The position numbers were made by a program, and so were the translations under genes. DNA of 64,000 nucleotides from a virus (lineage: Duplodnaviria > Caudoviricetes): IMG/VR virus record IMGVR_UViG_3300025129_000005; one strand, written 5' to 3'. Every line of letters begins with the position of its first letter. The stretch's first letter is position 1. Positions 25,291 through 35,441 of this stretch are shown in pieces. The notes below the pieces were generated by a model. The model was not told where the DNA came from and ran no database searches. It saw nothing but the letters and a program-made list of their open reading frames with translations.

Positions 25291-28200
25291 ATGGCTGATA
25301 CATTATATAAGTTTTACGTAAGAAACACAACAGATGATGGTTGGGTTAATATCCTAACAGAAGATAACATAAGTGTTGTCGATTCTAATAATATATTTTT
25401 GGGTAATAGATTAGATGAGGTTCTATATGAACTTAACACAAAATTAGAAAGCATTGATGGTGGTGGACCTGGATGGGATGGAAGTCCTGTACATATCATA
25501 GAAACAGGAAATACATCAGGTTTTAATGATAACACTGCTTCCTTCTCAACAGAAGGGGGCGCTACTATATTTTTGGATGCTAACATTGGCGGTAATCTCG
25601 GAGTTCAAGGAACATCATCTTTTAGTGGTGATATGACCCTTGTAGGATCTGATATTAATATCGGTGGTGATATATTTTCTGTTGTGAACATTTCAGGTGA
25701 TGGCACTGGTGACATTGATGGATTTGTTAATGCAACAGTAACTGGTACTATAGAAGGTAATGTCCTTATTGTAACAGGAACCGTAAAATCCGATCTCATT
25801 CCCGATGAGACTGATATGTATGACCTTGGTTCTAGTGGGGTGGTATGGAATAACATCTACGCTGCAATATATAACGGTGATCTTAAAGGTAATATTCGTA
25901 ACGGAAACGATACAATAATTCTTACTGTTGGTGATGATCTTACTCCTGCTGAATTCATAGGTAATGTTACAGGTAGTGTAACCGGCGATTTGATAGGTAA
26001 TGTCACAGGTGATGTTACTGGTAGTATTTTAAATACTGACCTGACTGTGATCCTTGATTCTGGTGATGATTTGATTCCTGCCATATTTACAGGTAACGTT
26101 ACCGGCGATTTGACCGGTAACGTTACCGGAAACATTATTGGTGATGTGACCGGTGATCTTACAGGAAATATACTATCCGATGGTGGTCAGTTAGTTATAA
26201 ACAATGGTACCGATGGTACGGATGCATTCTTTATCGGCGCTTTAACAGGAAATGTTACAGGTGATGTAACAGGTGATGTAACAGGTGACACTTTTGGTTT
26301 TCATACAGGTGATGTTACAGGTGATGTTACAGGTGATACTTTTGGTCTTCACACAGGTAACGTTATCGGTGATGTAACTGGTGACACTAACGGTCTCCAT
26401 ACTGGTAACGTGAGTGGTTATATTCTAGCATCAAATAATATTTCTGTAATTCTTGATAACGGTACCAATGGAACCGATGCTACATTTTATGGTGACGTAA
26501 CCGGTAATGTAACCGGTGACCTTACTGGTGACATTTTTAATGTTGACGATACTTTAATTTTCACCTCTGGTAGCAACGGGGTTCCTGCAGAATTTATTGG
26601 TAATGTAACAGGTGATTTAACTGGTGACACTAACGGTCTTCATACAGGAAATGTTACAGGTGATGTAACAGGTGATACTTTTGGTCTTCACACAGGTAAC
26701 GTTATCGGTGATGTAACTGGTGACACCAGTGGTCTTCATACTGGCGATGTTATTGGTAATGTGGATGGTAATCTCGAAGGTGATGTAACTGGTAACACTA
26801 ACGGTCTTCATACAGGTAATGTTATAGGAGATGTCACTGGTGATGTCACTGGTAACACTAACGGTCTCCATACCGGTAATGTTATAGGAGATGTTTTTTC
26901 CTCAGATGGTATTAATAAGATATTAGATAACGGTACCAATGGAACCGATGCCACCTTTGTGGGAACAACCACAGGTTATCATAATGGTAATGTGACAGGA
27001 AATGTAGTTGCGTCCGATGCCCCCTATCCTATTATTCTCAATAACGGAACAGATGGGACAGATGCAACTTTTCAGGGCGATGTATTAAATTCCGATTCAT
27101 CAATAGTTGTGAATGTTGGCTCTAATGCAATTCCAGCCGAATTTACCGGTAATTTAATAGGTAATGTTAATGGAAATACAGTAGGCGTCCATACAGGAGA
27201 ATCAAATGGTCTTCATACAGGTGATGTCACTGGTGATGTAACAGGTGATACTTTTGGTATCCATACAGGTAACGTTGTTGGTAACGTATCAGGTGACACC
27301 AGTGGTCTCCATACCGGGAACGTTGTTGGTAATGTAACAGGTGCAACTAACGGTCTTCATACCGGTAATGTTGTTGGTAATGTGACAGGTAACCTCGAAG
27401 GTGACGTAACCGGAGATTTAACTGGTGATACTTTTGGTACTCATACTGGTAGTGTTTTTGGTGATGTTACAGGTAACCTTAGCGGGGACACTGTCGGTAC
27501 GCATACCGGTAGTGTTATAGGTAATGTATCTGGAAATTTGACGGGTAATGTTACTGGTGATCTTGACGGTAATGTATTGAATGAAGATCTCACCATAATC
27601 CTTTCTTCTGGTTCTGATGTAACTCCTGCGGTGTTCGTTGGTAATGTGACAGGGAACGTGACAGGAACGTTAAATGGAAACTCAAACGGTCTTCATACAG
27701 GTAATGTCACTGGTGATGTAACTGGTGATACTTTTGGTATCCATACAGGTGATGTCGTTGGTAATCTCACTGGAGCATCAAATGGTCTTCATACTGGCGA
27801 CGTTATTGGTAACACTAATGGTCTTCATACAGGTAATGTTGTTGGTAATGTAACAGGTAATACTACTGGTAATATTCTTTCTGATAACGGCTTGGTGACA
27901 ATACTTAGTAACGGAGTATCACCTGATGGTGCTGATGCTATCTTTGTTGGTAGTGTAAACGGTAATGTAACAGGTAATACCTCGGGTATACATACAGGAA
28001 AAGTGGTAGGCGACCTTGACGGTAATGTATTAAACGAAGATCTCACCATAATTCTTTCTTCTGGTTCTGATGTAACTCCTGCAATTTTTGTTGGTAATGT
28101 TACAGGGAACGTGACCGGTGATCTTGATGGTGATGTAAACGGTAACGTTACAGGCAACACTTTTGGTATACATACCGGAGATGTTACAGGTAACGTAACT

Positions 28201-31200
28201 GGTGATACTTTCGGTTCACATACAGGCTCGACCAATGGTCTTCACACAGGTAATGTCGTTGGTAATGTAACAGGTGACACCACAGGAACACACATAGGAC
28301 CTGTTACCGGAGATGTTACAGGTAATCTTGTTGCGGCTATGACAACTGCCCATGATATGTCGGTTAGTGACATAGATGCTGTTAGTGTAACAACAGGTTC
28401 ACTCTCAACCTCATCTGTTAATTCAAGTTTCATCCCTTCAAGTCCTTTTAACTTGGGTTCAGCTGTTAATTCTTGGGGTGATTTACATATTAGTAGAATA
28501 TTAGGTGCTGTTAATATAGAATCGACCGTTGCCACAATTGGAACATTAAACGTATCTTCGATTAGCGGCGCAACTCTGACAGGATCATTTATAGGAAATT
28601 TAACAGGTGACGTTGATGCTGATATGGTTACAGCAAACACTTTGACAGGAAATTTCAATGGTAATATTGAGGGTGATACGACTCAGGTGACTTCTGGATG
28701 GGATCTGGTTAACGGAGTGGGATCAGCTAATGCGTTTGATGTTGTCGGTGGAGTTAGTATCGGAAAAAATTTAACAGTATCAGAAAGTGTTATGGTTGGT
28801 GGGGGTGTTACTGTAACAGGTGACGTTTTAGCGAATAATCTAGACTTTGCTAATTTCAACTCAGATATCATACCTGTCACTGATGATACATACAATTTAG
28901 GGTCTCCTACTCATAGATGGTCAAGCGTAAACGCGAATCAAATAACTGTTGATACCTTAGCGTTTAGCTTACTGTCCGGTGATATCATGGGTGACGTTCA
29001 ATCTGGGAATGGTGATATCGTTCTTGATAACGGGGTTGACGGAACCGATGCAACTTTTCAGGGTGATATAATTTCTCCTGATGGGACGACAATCTTTAGT
29101 AACGGTGATCTTATTGATGGTTCTGATTCTTTATTAACAAGTAATGTAATAGGTAATGTAACAGGGGGTATTACGGCAACTTCACTGAATGTTACTGGTA
29201 ATATCACATCAAATATTATACCGAATGTTACAAACACCTATACATTAGGTGACAATACCCATAGATGGGCTAATGTATATACCGGAACAATAACATCAGG
29301 GACAATTATTTCTACAAGCATCATAGGTACTGTTATTGGCGATTTAACTGGTGATTTGATTGCTATAACAACAAATGCTGTTAATATAACAACAACAGGT
29401 GATATTAATGTTGGTGGGACGTTAACATCTGATATTATTATAACACCACAACTTGACGGTAATATCAAGGGTAATATTTTAAATTCTGATGATGTTTTCA
29501 TTTTTAACAGTGGCGGTAATGGAAATGATGCTGAGTATACAGGCAACGTAACCGGTGATATAAGGTCTGGTAACGGTGTTGTTATATTAGATAACGGGTC
29601 TGATGGTACTGATGCAGTTTTTGTAGGTAATCTAACAAAGACAACAGGTGTTAGTGTTACGAGTGTATCAAACTCAGTGGATCAATATACAGGCGCTCTT
29701 AGGGTTGCTGGTGGTATTTCACTGGAAAAAGATATATGGATTGGAGGAACTGCACACGTTCTTGGTTCATTCATACTCTCAGGTGCATTCAGTGTCCCTT
29801 ATGCCACGATAGTTCAGGCTGAAATTACAAGTACAGCATCATCATTTGATAAAAATACAGGGGCTTTGGTTCTTACACACGGAGGTCTTGGTGTTGAAGA
29901 AAATGCCAACATAGGCGGTTACGTCACTATAGGCGAAACTCTCGATGTCATTGGTTCTACATATCTTCACAGCACGTTAAGAGTTGACGGTTCTGTTGAT
30001 ATAAACAATTACATTGACATAGATATAACTGGCGCTCCGGGTGACGCATTTTCACTTAACACTGATGGTTCTGTTACATTCGTTAACAATTCGTTTGATA
30101 TAGACAGTAACGATGTGATTGGTATTGATACAGACACAACCCTTACACTAACAGGTACAACTAATCTCGATATAAATGGTGGAGATGTAACTTTTGACAG
30201 CACTGGAACTATGGTTATAGGTTCTATAGGGTCAACTACTATAACATCGGGTGATACTTACAGTATAACCGCAGATAATCAACTTAACATCACAAGTACA
30301 GTTGGAGATTTGTGGTTGTATTCTGGTGACAATTTTAAAGTGGTAGGCTATAACACACTTAATATTGAAAGTCCTGTCTCAACCATCGGATTAAATAATA
30401 CTCAACTTCTTAACATAACTTCCAAGGTTAATAGTAATATTATACCAAGCGGTACAAATACGTTAGATATTGGTGGTGTTGGAGAAGCTTGGAGAGATTT
30501 TTATGTTAACAGAGTATTAGTTGAAGGTGGTAACACAACAACTAATAACAACACAGGAGACGTTATTGTTATCGGTGGTATTGCGACCCAGAATAATTTA
30601 TGGGTTGATGGTAACACTGATATCATTGGAACACTTGATGTTGTAAGTAATACAACTATTGGTGGAACACTTGATGTTGTAAGTAATACAACTATTGGTG
30701 GAACACTTGATATATCTGGCATCACAACCATAACAAATACAACACAATCAGTAGATGTTGCTACAGGTGCGTTGGTTGTTGATGGTGGTGTGGGTATAGC
30801 GAAAAATGTATTCATAGGTGGTAATATAGAAGCCGGTGATATTACGGCACATATAAGTTTTCATGGTCAATTAATCGGAAATGTCATTGGTAATGTTACA
30901 GGAACTCTTGATGGTGATCTTCTCAACATGGTGACACATGGTGTTGCAATGGAGCTTGCTGATTATTTAGCTGTTGGTACATCACTAAGTGTTAATGGTA
31001 TCTCAACACTAAATGATGATCTTTATGTTGATGGTAATACAACAGTTACCGGTAATTTAGATGTTATTGGTGATCTTATTGTTCAGGGAACTCAGACAAT
31101 AATTAACACCGAAACTATAACTTTACAAGATAATATGATCATCTTAAATAATGGTCAAACTGGTATTCCATCTACATCACTGGTATCAGGATTTGAAGTT

Positions 31201-31863
31201 AATCGTGGAACAGAAGATAATTATAGATTTATGTTCCGTGAAACTGATGACACTTTCCGTGTTGGTGCCGGGTTCTTATCAATAGAAGTTTCGCCGGGTG
31301 AAGGGGCTTTATTCCAAGTTGGTGAATTGGTAACAGATATAACCACAGGTGCTTCTGGTACTGTAATATTAATTACAGGTGATATTCTTGATATTAATAA
31401 AACAGCCAATACAGCTGATTTTGTAAACGGAAACACTATTGATAGTGCAAGTGTAGGAGCATCATCAACTATAGTATCAGTTATATATGGTGATCAAACA
31501 CAAGCTGTTGCGACAAGAGAGGATGTACCTCTTGATACTGGTATTGCGACATGGGATTCATCACAACAAATGTTTGTCGCCCTTTTATGGGAAACAGCGA
31601 CTGATGCAATGGAGTTGATTCTTGGTCGTAAATATATTGTTGATGATTCAGTTTCCACGTTAACATTACCTGCATCACCGTCAGAGGTCGGGCAAATTGT
31701 GACATTAAAAGACCTTGATGGTGTTTGGTTTTCTAACCCGGTAACACTAGGATCAAATGGTAACAACATTATGGGATCTGTACAAGATATAATTCTTAAT
31801 GTCACAGGTGATACCCTTGAATTAGTGTGGTCTGGTAATGTTCAGGGATGGATAATTTTATAA
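25291..31863 (+). CDS. Giant tail-fibre-like protein (2190 aa)
   Basis: Long G(N/D)(V/L)TG and GLHTG repeats; repeated ILDNG..GTDA.F.G and IIP...Y.LG....W motifs; GAL.V.GG.GI repeats; C-terminal gp34-like domain. Confidence 0.8.
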   Translation: MADTLYKFYVRNTTDDGWVNILTEDNISVVDSNNIFLGNRLDEVLYELNTKLESIDGGGPGWDGSPVHIIETGNTSGFNDNTASFSTEGGATIFLDANIGGNLGVQGTSSFSGDMTLVGSDINIGGDIFSVVNISGDGTGDIDGFVNATVTGTIEGNVLIVTGTVKSDLIPDETDMYDLGSSGVVWNNIYAAIYNGDLKGNIRNGNDTIILTVGDDLTPAEFIGNVTGSVTGDLIGNVTGDVTGSILNTDLTVILDSGDDLIPAIFTGNVTGDLTGNVTGNIIGDVTGDLTGNILSDGGQLVINNGTDGTDAFFIGALTGNVTGDVTGDVTGDTFGFHTGDVTGDVTGDTFGLHTGNVIGDVTGDTNGLHTGNVSGYILASNNISVILDNGTNGTDATFYGDVTGNVTGDLTGDIFNVDDTLIFTSGSNGVPAEFIGNVTGDLTGDTNGLHTGNVTGDVTGDTFGLHTGNVIGDVTGDTSGLHTGDVIGNVDGNLEGDVTGNTNGLHTGNVIGDVTGDVTGNTNGLHTGNVIGDVFSSDGINKILDNGTNGTDATFVGTTTGYHNGNVTGNVVASDAPYPIILNNGTDGTDATFQGDVLNSDSSIVVNVGSNAIPAEFTGNLIGNVNGNTVGVHTGESNGLHTGDVTGDVTGDTFGIHTGNVVGNVSGDTSGLHTGNVVGNVTGATNGLHTGNVVGNVTGNLEGDVTGDLTGDTFGTHTGSVFGDVTGNLSGDTVGTHTGSVIGNVSGNLTGNVTGDLDGNVLNEDLTIILSSGSDVTPAVFVGNVTGNVTGTLNGNSNGLHTGNVTGDVTGDTFGIHTGDVVGNLTGASNGLHTGDVIGNTNGLHTGNVVGNVTGNTTGNILSDNGLVTILSNGVSPDGADAIFVGSVNGNVTGNTSGIHTGKVVGDLDGNVLNEDLTIILSSGSDVTPAIFVGNVTGNVTGDLDGDVNGNVTGNTFGIHTGDVTGNVTGDTFGSHTGSTNGLHTGNVVGNVTGDTTGTHIGPVTGDVTGNLVAAMTTAHDMSVSDIDAVSVTTGSLSTSSVNSSFIPSSPFNLGSAVNSWGDLHISRILGAVNIESTVATIGTLNVSSISGATLTGSFIGNLTGDVDADMVTANTLTGNFNGNIEGDTTQVTSGWDLVNGVGSANAFDVVGGVSIGKNLTVSESVMVGGGVTVTGDVLANNLDFANFNSDIIPVTDDTYNLGSPTHRWSSVNANQITVDTLAFSLLSGDIMGDVQSGNGDIVLDNGVDGTDATFQGDIISPDGTTIFSNGDLIDGSDSLLTSNVIGNVTGGITATSLNVTGNITSNIIPNVTNTYTLGDNTHRWANVYTGTITSGTIISTSIIGTVIGDLTGDLIAITTNAVNITTTGDINVGGTLTSDIIITPQLDGNIKGNILNSDDVFIFNSGGNGNDAEYTGNVTGDIRSGNGVVILDNGSDGTDAVFVGNLTKTTGVSVTSVSNSVDQYTGALRVAGGISLEKDIWIGGTAHVLGSFILSGAFSVPYATIVQAEITSTASSFDKNTGALVLTHGGLGVEENANIGGYVTIGETLDVIGSTYLHSTLRVDGSVDINNYIDIDITGAPGDAFSLNTDGSVTFVNNSFDIDSNDVIGIDTDTTLTLTGTTNLDINGGDVTFDSTGTMVIGSIGSTTITSGDTYSITADNQLNITSTVGDLWLYSGDNFKVVGYNTLNIESPVSTIGLNNTQLLNITSKVNSNIIPSGTNTLDIGGVGEAWRDFYVNRVLVEGGNTTTNNNTGDVIVIGGIATQNNLWVDGNTDIIGTLDVVSNTTIGGTLDVVSNTTIGGTLDISGITTITNTTQSVDVATGALVVDGGVGIAKNVFIGGNIEAGDITAHISFHGQLIGNVIGNVTGTLDGDLLNMVTHGVAMELADYLAVGTSLSVNGISTLNDDLYVDGNTTVTGNLDVIGDLIVQGTQTIINTETITLQDNMIILNNGQTGIPSTSLVSGFEVNRGTEDNYRFMFRETDDTFRVGAGFLSIEVSPGEGALFQVGELVTDITTGASGTVILITGDILDINKTANTADFVNGNTIDSASVGASSTIVSVIYGDQTQAVATREDVPLDTGIATWDSSQQMFVALLWETATDAMELILGRKYIVDDSVSTLTLPASPSEVGQIVTLKDLDGVWFSNPVTLGSNGNNIMGSVQDIILNVTGDTLELVWSGNVQGWIIL
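30628..30711. repeat. 36-bp tandem repeat x2.3 within the fibre gene
   Basis: GGAACACTTGATGTTGTAAGTAATACAACTATTGGT twice plus a partial copy. Confidence 0.9.
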
Positions 31864-31866
31864 ATA
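31859..31866 (+). promoter_or_regulatory. T4-type late promoter overlapping the fibre stop codon
   Basis: TATAAATA exact. Confidence 0.65.
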
Positions 31867-31884
31867 AAGAGTAGGAGATAATAT

Positions 31885-32322
31885 ATGTTATACCTGAGTA
31901 ATTTTAAGACGTACCCGAAGGTTGTTACAAATAACCAAACGTCAGGTACCGTGACTATTGACTCGCTTGATGCGAGTATGTATAGGATGATTAAATATGA
32001 CATTTTGATAGAAGATTTTTATACAAACTCTATATATCAAGGTCGATTTACAGTAACACATGATAGTTTGGACACTATAGTATCAGGGTTTGATTTGGTT
32101 ATAGGGGGTGTTGATATAACATTAGATGCTGTTTATACAACAATCGTGGACTATTATCCAACGGTTATAGATATTAATCTAACCTTTCCTGCTAATTTTA
32201 ACGGAAGTTGGTCATTAACCAAAGAAGTTTTTATAAATATTTCAAATATACAACGTGATGGATTTGATGGACCTGGAGATGGTCTTTTCCCCGGTCCTTA
32301 CTTGTATCCGAACAATAGTTAA
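31885..32322 (+). CDS. Putative virion structural protein
   Basis: 145 aa in the fibre cluster; AGGAG RBS. Confidence 0.65.
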   Translation: MLYLSNFKTYPKVVTNNQTSGTVTIDSLDASMYRMIKYDILIEDFYTNSIYQGRFTVTHDSLDTIVSGFDLVIGGVDITLDAVYTTIVDYYPTVIDINLTFPANFNGSWSLTKEVFINISNIQRDGFDGPGDGLFPGPYLYPNNS

Positions 32323-32339
32323 TACAGGAGGAACAATAA

Positions 32340-32762
32340 ATGTCTTACACAAAAACAACATGGGTGGATGGTCCTGGTGGTGGTACACCAATCAACGCTG
32401 TCACTTTAAATAATATCGAGGACGGTATCGAATCCGTTGAAATGAAGTCTGTAGGAGGGTGGGTCACAAAAACATTTGCGGATGATGGTACAAGTATCGT
32501 ACCATTTCAGAAAGTTTTTGTTGATACAACAGGCGGAGCATTTGGTTTGGTATTACCTCTTACACCCGAAAACGGAACGACTGTTAAATTTGTTGATGTT
32601 AAAAGTAACTTTTCAACAAATAAGTTCACTATAAATGTGGGGGCAGGGGTTCTTTTGATGGGTGTAGCTGATGATTTCCTTGACCTTGTATCTGATAATG
32701 ATTTTCTTGATATTACATATTTCAGTGCCGACGATAATTGGGTTGTGACAAACAAACCATAA
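32340..32762 (+). CDS. Small fibre-associated protein with gp34-like domain
   Basis: TPINAVTLNNIEDGI N-term; VDTTGG..L.LP..P..G..V...D...F..N...I motif. Confidence 0.7.
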   Translation: MSYTKTTWVDGPGGGTPINAVTLNNIEDGIESVEMKSVGGWVTKTFADDGTSIVPFQKVFVDTTGGAFGLVLPLTPENGTTVKFVDVKSNFSTNKFTINVGAGVLLMGVADDFLDLVSDNDFLDITYFSADDNWVVTNKP

Positions 32763-32819
32763 AAATAGATCATAAATTATTCTTTTTATAGATAATATAA
32801 TAAAACTCATAGTGGAGGT

Positions 32820-34436
32820 TTGGAAGCTATGTCAAACATAGATTTTAAAGTAAAAAAAGGTATTAATGTTAATAATGGATTGTTTGTGGCGAATGAACAC
32901 GGAGTCCACATTAACAATACTCCCGTCACAACACAAACAGATATTAATAATCTCAAATCAACATTGGATGCTGATATATCTAGCGTACAAACACAAGTCA
33001 CAACTATACTTGATAAAGGTGTTGACACTCTAACTGAATCTGAATTAACCCAATTAAATAACATTGATTCAACCACAATATCATCCACTCAATGGGGGTA
33101 TGTTGGTACATTGGATCAGGGTTTAACTACTAGAACCAGAACAAACTTTGGTGGTCTTACTATCAAACCCGTTGTTGTTGATAGTAGTTTACCGGAATTC
33201 TCTTTAAGGGGTTTACAAAATCAGGCTAGGAACCTGTTGGAGATAAAAGAACCTGTATCTGTCAGTGAAAATGTCATCTTAAGTATTGAGTCGAGTGGTC
33301 GCATGATCTTTAATAACTATGAGGATCAACAGGCTTTTTCTATAACTCAACATACGGATAATGGCGTATTAGAATTAAATAATACCCCTACAAGTTCGGG
33401 TGGATCATTTTTAACAATATATAATAATAGTGATATGTGGGGTGATGTATTTATTGATTGTATATACACTTTAACAGGAGATTCTCTATTTACTGTTGAC
33501 GGATCAGGTAATGTTGCAGCTAATAGCTTAGATGTTACTACTGATATCATACTTAAAGGTGATAATAATGCAACATCAATGATTATAGATTATATAGGTA
33601 CTGGTGGAGAAGGTGGTTATGGTTACATTAATCTTACGTATGATGAGCCTTCTGATCTACGAATACAAACTGGTGTCACTAATTATGTAACAATGGATGG
33701 TGGTTTAAGTGTTGCGGGTAATGTTATATCTGGTACATGGAATGCTACTGCTATCGGCGCTACTTACGGAGGTACGGGACAAACATCATATACTGTTGGT
33801 GATATTATTTATGCTGACACAACAACAACATTAACCGTACTACCAGATGTTGATGTAGGTAGCGTGTTGATATCAGGTGGGGAGGGTGCAATCCCTTCAT
33901 ATGGCAAGGTTGATTTAACTTTACATGTCTCTGGTACATTGCCTGTCACGAGTGGAGGTACGGGGTTATCTACTGTTGTCTCGGGTGACATTATATACGC
34001 AAGTGCTAATGATACTATATCATCACTTGCGAAGACGGTTGATGGTCAGGTATTAAATCTTAGTTCGGGGTTACCTTCTTGGACTGATTCTATTAGTGTT
34101 AGAGAACCTTGGGTTGTTATTACAGCAACCGCTGATTCTACAACAGCGGATGATTTTACTGCACTTCCTAACAAAAAATATATGGTTGATAGCAATCTGA
34201 GAACGGGTGGTTTTATTACTATGACTCTTCCTACTTTGACTACAGAGGTTGGAACTACCGTCACTGTTACGGACATGAAAGGTGATTTTGCTGTTGCCGG
34301 TACAAAAAATGTTATATCTAATGTTACAACAATAAATGGATTAAGTCAGGCATGGGAATTTGATATTATTAATTCAACAACTCAATTGGTTTGGACAGGT
34401 GTGGATTATGGATGGAAGGTAATATCTGTTCAATAA
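32820..34436 (+). CDS. Tail fibre-like protein with C-terminal gp34-like domain (true start probably ATG 32829)
   Basis: DFKVKKG N-term; GTW.A..IG..YGGTGQTSY..GDI.YA and GTLPV..GGTG motifs. Confidence 0.75.
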   Translation: MEAMSNIDFKVKKGINVNNGLFVANEHGVHINNTPVTTQTDINNLKSTLDADISSVQTQVTTILDKGVDTLTESELTQLNNIDSTTISSTQWGYVGTLDQGLTTRTRTNFGGLTIKPVVVDSSLPEFSLRGLQNQARNLLEIKEPVSVSENVILSIESSGRMIFNNYEDQQAFSITQHTDNGVLELNNTPTSSGGSFLTIYNNSDMWGDVFIDCIYTLTGDSLFTVDGSGNVAANSLDVTTDIILKGDNNATSMIIDYIGTGGEGGYGYINLTYDEPSDLRIQTGVTNYVTMDGGLSVAGNVISGTWNATAIGATYGGTGQTSYTVGDIIYADTTTTLTVLPDVDVGSVLISGGEGAIPSYGKVDLTLHVSGTLPVTSGGTGLSTVVSGDIIYASANDTISSLAKTVDGQVLNLSSGLPSWTDSISVREPWVVITATADSTTADDFTALPNKKYMVDSNLRTGGFITMTLPTLTTEVGTTVTVTDMKGDFAVAGTKNVISNVTTINGLSQAWEFDIINSTTQLVWTGVDYGWKVISVQ

Positions 34437-34468
34437 TAAAATATGATATTTATGAGTAATTTAAAATA

Positions 34469-34476
34469 TATAAATA
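34469..34476 (+). promoter_or_regulatory. T4-type late promoter TATAAATA
   Basis: Exact consensus about 110 nt upstream of 34587. Confidence 0.7.
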
Positions 34477-34484
34477 ACAACAAA

Positions 34485-34555
34485 CTCTAATGACTGACTG
34501 ATTAAGTTCAGGTTTCTCTACCTAACCTTTCGGGGAAGAGTAACACAGATTAGAG
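34485..34555 (+). ncRNA. Candidate structured 5' leader (three-way junction)
   Basis: Pairings read by eye: CUCUAAU/AUUAGAG, CUG/CAG, CUGA/UCAG, GUU.CUCU/AGAG.AAC and a UUCG-capped hairpin. Confidence 0.4.
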
Positions 34556-34586
34556 ATAGAAGGGAATAAATTATTGGAGAAAGGAT

Positions 34587-35423
34587 ATGAAATTTTACGG
34601 AATAGACGTACAGGGTTATTTTAAATTAAAGGAGTATGTGGATCTATTACCTATTTATGACGGTGAAATTCACCGCAGAGATTTAGTTTATCTCAATGAT
34701 AGTGTTTCGGGTAATGATAGAATATATATAGGGGGGAGAAGAGCAGGAAATTGGGTTGAAGTCATAACATCCCAAATCCTTAATAATAATTATTATACAG
34801 TAGACGCATCAAATTTGAAATTTTTATCAACATCAAATACTGGTGTGTTAGACGCGGATCAATGGATTGGTAAGGTTGTATTTGACCCTACACAATCAGG
34901 TTCTTATGTCATACCTTCAGGTTCAACTATCTGTAATGTTGCTAATTCAGGTGTATTTTATAATAATGCACAAGGGGCCAATCAGGTTGTGAAACGAGAT
35001 TCTTCTGGTGATATATTTGCCAATATCGGACACTTAACTGCAACTGCTGCTCAATATGCTGACTTAGCCGAAAAATATACATGTGATGAATCTATCCCTA
35101 CGGGCACTGTTATGGAAGTTGATTTTAATTCAGATGACGAGGTAGTTGAATGTCAGTTTGAATTATCAACATCCGTTGTTGGTATAGTATCAGATAATCC
35201 TGCATATTTAATGAACTCTTCAAGTGAAGGTTTACCTATAGCATTAACAGGTAAAGTTCCTGTGAGGATAATTGGATCAATTTCAAAGGGTGATTTTATC
35301 GTTTCCGCTGGAAATGGGTTAGCTCGTAAAGGACATAAATTAGAACTTCTCTATAAAATTGGTATAGCTTTAGAAAGTAATCTCGTTGATGAAGAAAAGT
35401 TAGTAACATGTATTATAAAATAA
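34587..35423 (+). CDS. Fibre/baseplate-associated protein with C-terminal peptidase G2-like (IMC autocleavage) domain
   Basis: YADLAEKY....I..GTV...VVGIVSDNPAYLMN...IALTGKVPV.IIG.I.KGD.IVS. Confidence 0.7.
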   Translation: MKFYGIDVQGYFKLKEYVDLLPIYDGEIHRRDLVYLNDSVSGNDRIYIGGRRAGNWVEVITSQILNNNYYTVDASNLKFLSTSNTGVLDADQWIGKVVFDPTQSGSYVIPSGSTICNVANSGVFYNNAQGANQVVKRDSSGDIFANIGHLTATAAQYADLAEKYTCDESIPTGTVMEVDFNSDDEVVECQFELSTSVVGIVSDNPAYLMNSSSEGLPIALTGKVPVRIIGSISKGDFIVSAGNGLARKGHKLELLYKIGIALESNLVDEEKLVTCIIK

Positions 35424-35441
35424 AATGTATTGGAGTAAAAA

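Noticed and set aside
25314-31805. Many minus-strand ORFs rich in PVT/SPV
   Set aside because: Antisense shadows of the GxxT-repeat fibre gene
34485-34555. Hammerhead ribozyme or purine riboswitch
   Set aside because: CUGAUUA is not CUGAUGA, there is no correctly placed GAAA, and stem/loop sizes do not fit purine aptamers; kept only as an unclassified structure
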